This document shows, one piece after another, positions 62,408 to 64,000 of a DNA stretch of 64,000 nucleotides. Position 1 is the stretch's first letter, and each line of letters opens with the position of its first letter. The stretch is from the NCBI GenBank assembly GCA_036785375.1, contig JAWMAR010001184.1, positions 186,001 to 250,000 on the forward strand. The letters are read 5' to 3'. This DNA is from Leucoraja ocellata (taxonomy: Eukaryota). Position numbers and translations under genes: made by a program. The notes beneath the pieces are model-generated. The model was not told the origin of the DNA. It was given only the letters and a program-made list of their open reading frames with translations, and searched no databases.

Positions 62408-64000
62408 CTGAACATTCATCAGCCACAAATTTCAAGACAAGAAGGGATTCAATATCAGAAAGCAACCAAATGCCAGAAGCATCATCAATATCAAATCCTT
62501 CAAAAGAAGGAAACTCAGAATCATCTCTAACAGCAGAATCACCCACAAGAGGCAGCTCCCCTCCAGAAACAACACCAAGAAACCAGCAATCATCACAAAA
62601 CATCACAAGCACAAAACTTAATTCTTCAGAAAATGTGTCCGTTTCAGAACCACATTTCACGACAGAATTATCAGCAACCACACGCTCCTCATCGGAATCA
62701 TATTCCACATCAGTGAAAGCTTCCTCAACAACAGAACCTTCATCAGAATCACATCCTACAATAGCAGCATCCACGATGGCCACATCCTCTCTGGAAACAA
62801 CTCCAAAAACCCAGCAATCTTCAAGAACTGAACTATCATCACAATCCAATCCAAGCACAAACAATGTTTCATCAGTCACTGAGTCCTCTTCAGAAACACA
62901 TTTAACAACATCAAGTTTATCACAGGCAACTGAGTCCTCAACAGAAACATACTCCAGTTCGACAACGGTTTCATCAAAAACTGAATCACCCTCAGAAAGC
63001 CATCAGACCACAGAAGTGCCTTCAAGCTCCTTGTCCTCATCAAAAACACACCCAACAACATTACAGGAATCATCATCAACAGAGCTTCCAACAACAGCAT
63101 ATCCAACATTGACATCTGCTTCATCTGTTAGTGTGTCCCCATCTGAAACCCACCTAACAACAACACCACTATCATCGCCAACTCAGTCCTCAGCAGAGAC
63201 CTATCCAACAACACAAACATCCACAAACAAACCTTCATCAGAAACGCATCCAACAACAGTGGAGTCGTCAAGCACACAGCATTCAACGCAAGCACATCAA
63301 AGCTCAACAGAAGTTTCATCAGTCACTGTGTCGAGAGTTGAATCCCACTCCACAACCTCACCATTTTCATTGGTTCCTGAATCCCCGTCAGAAACACGTT
63401 CAACATCTGTACAAGCATCAGTGACAACTGAAACTTCATCGGAATCCCATCCAACTACAGAGGCATCTCGAATCACAATGTCCTCTTCGGAAAGACAGCC
63501 AACAGCATATGAATCATCAAGTACAGAGCAGTCAACACAAACTCATGGAACAACATCAGAAATTCCCTCAGAAAGTGCGTCCTCATCAAAAACCCTCGCA
63601 ACAGCAACAACGTCACCTTTGGTCACTGGGAGCTCAGTGGTAACTTATTCTCAATCATCGCAAATCACATCCTCCAACAAATCTGCAACAGTATCACATC
63701 CAACTACAGAAGAATCATCGATCACTGTCTCTTCACCTGAAACCCGTCAGACAAATACACAGGAACCTTTTACATCGGCATATCCAAAGAAAACACAAGC
63801 TTCAACAGAAACTATTTTGACAACAGAAACACATTTAACAACACCAATCTCAAAGGAAACGGAGCCTCCGTCAGTAACCAACCCACGCACAACAGAAGGC
63901 TCATCCACAACAGAATTTTCCTCACCGAATGGTAGACAGGCATCAGCAACCACATTGTCCACAGCTGAAACACGGTCAGAAACGCAGGAATCAATAAGAA
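62408..64000 (+). CDS. Large Ser/Thr/Glu/Pro-rich mucin-like exon (open to the window end)
   Basis: Stop-free frame of 530 codons from 62410 (EHSSATNFKTRRDSISESNQ...); acceptor tccattttcattgatag|CT; degenerate ~16-17-aa repeats (SSETHLTT, PSESHQTT, SSETHPTT); sequons NIT, NSS, NVS, NKS; no Cys or Trp. Confidence 0.85.

Noticed and set aside
62385-63994. Several minus-strand ORFs rich in Val/Asp/Leu
   Set aside because: Antisense shadows of the TCA/ACA-rich mucin frame on the + strand.
1-64000. CRISPR array or prokaryotic defence system
   Set aside because: No regularly spaced repeat-spacer array or operon-like ORFs; recurring motifs are dispersed eukaryotic retroelements.

Overview
Vertebrate nuclear DNA, most likely a cartilaginous fish (skate/ray-like), inferred from HE1/V-SINE, CR1, Rex1/Babar and Penelope repeat content. 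Two spliced + strand genes are supported. (1) MRPS16: promoter near 3.6-3.8 kb, coding exons 4799-4811, 6086-6346 and 11690-11910; the last exon looks frameshifted by one base relative to a canonical 137-aa product. (2) The 5' part of an unidentified secreted or membrane mucin-like glycoprotein gene: a signal-peptide exon at 44252-44354 and a Ser/Thr-rich exon of at least 1.59 kb from 62408 past the window end, which the ORF track misses. The rest is a mosaic of nested retroelements plus probable Helitron and MITE remnants. The most interesting signals are two classes of small retroposons carrying ribozyme motifs: a ~140-bp element starting with a 54-nt HDV/CPEB3-like fold (two copies), and Penelope-derived mini-elements with minimal hammerhead cores, some palindromic with one core on each strand. 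Repeat family names come from motif recognition, not database searches. Repeat boundaries are approximate unless a target-site duplication (TSD) is given.
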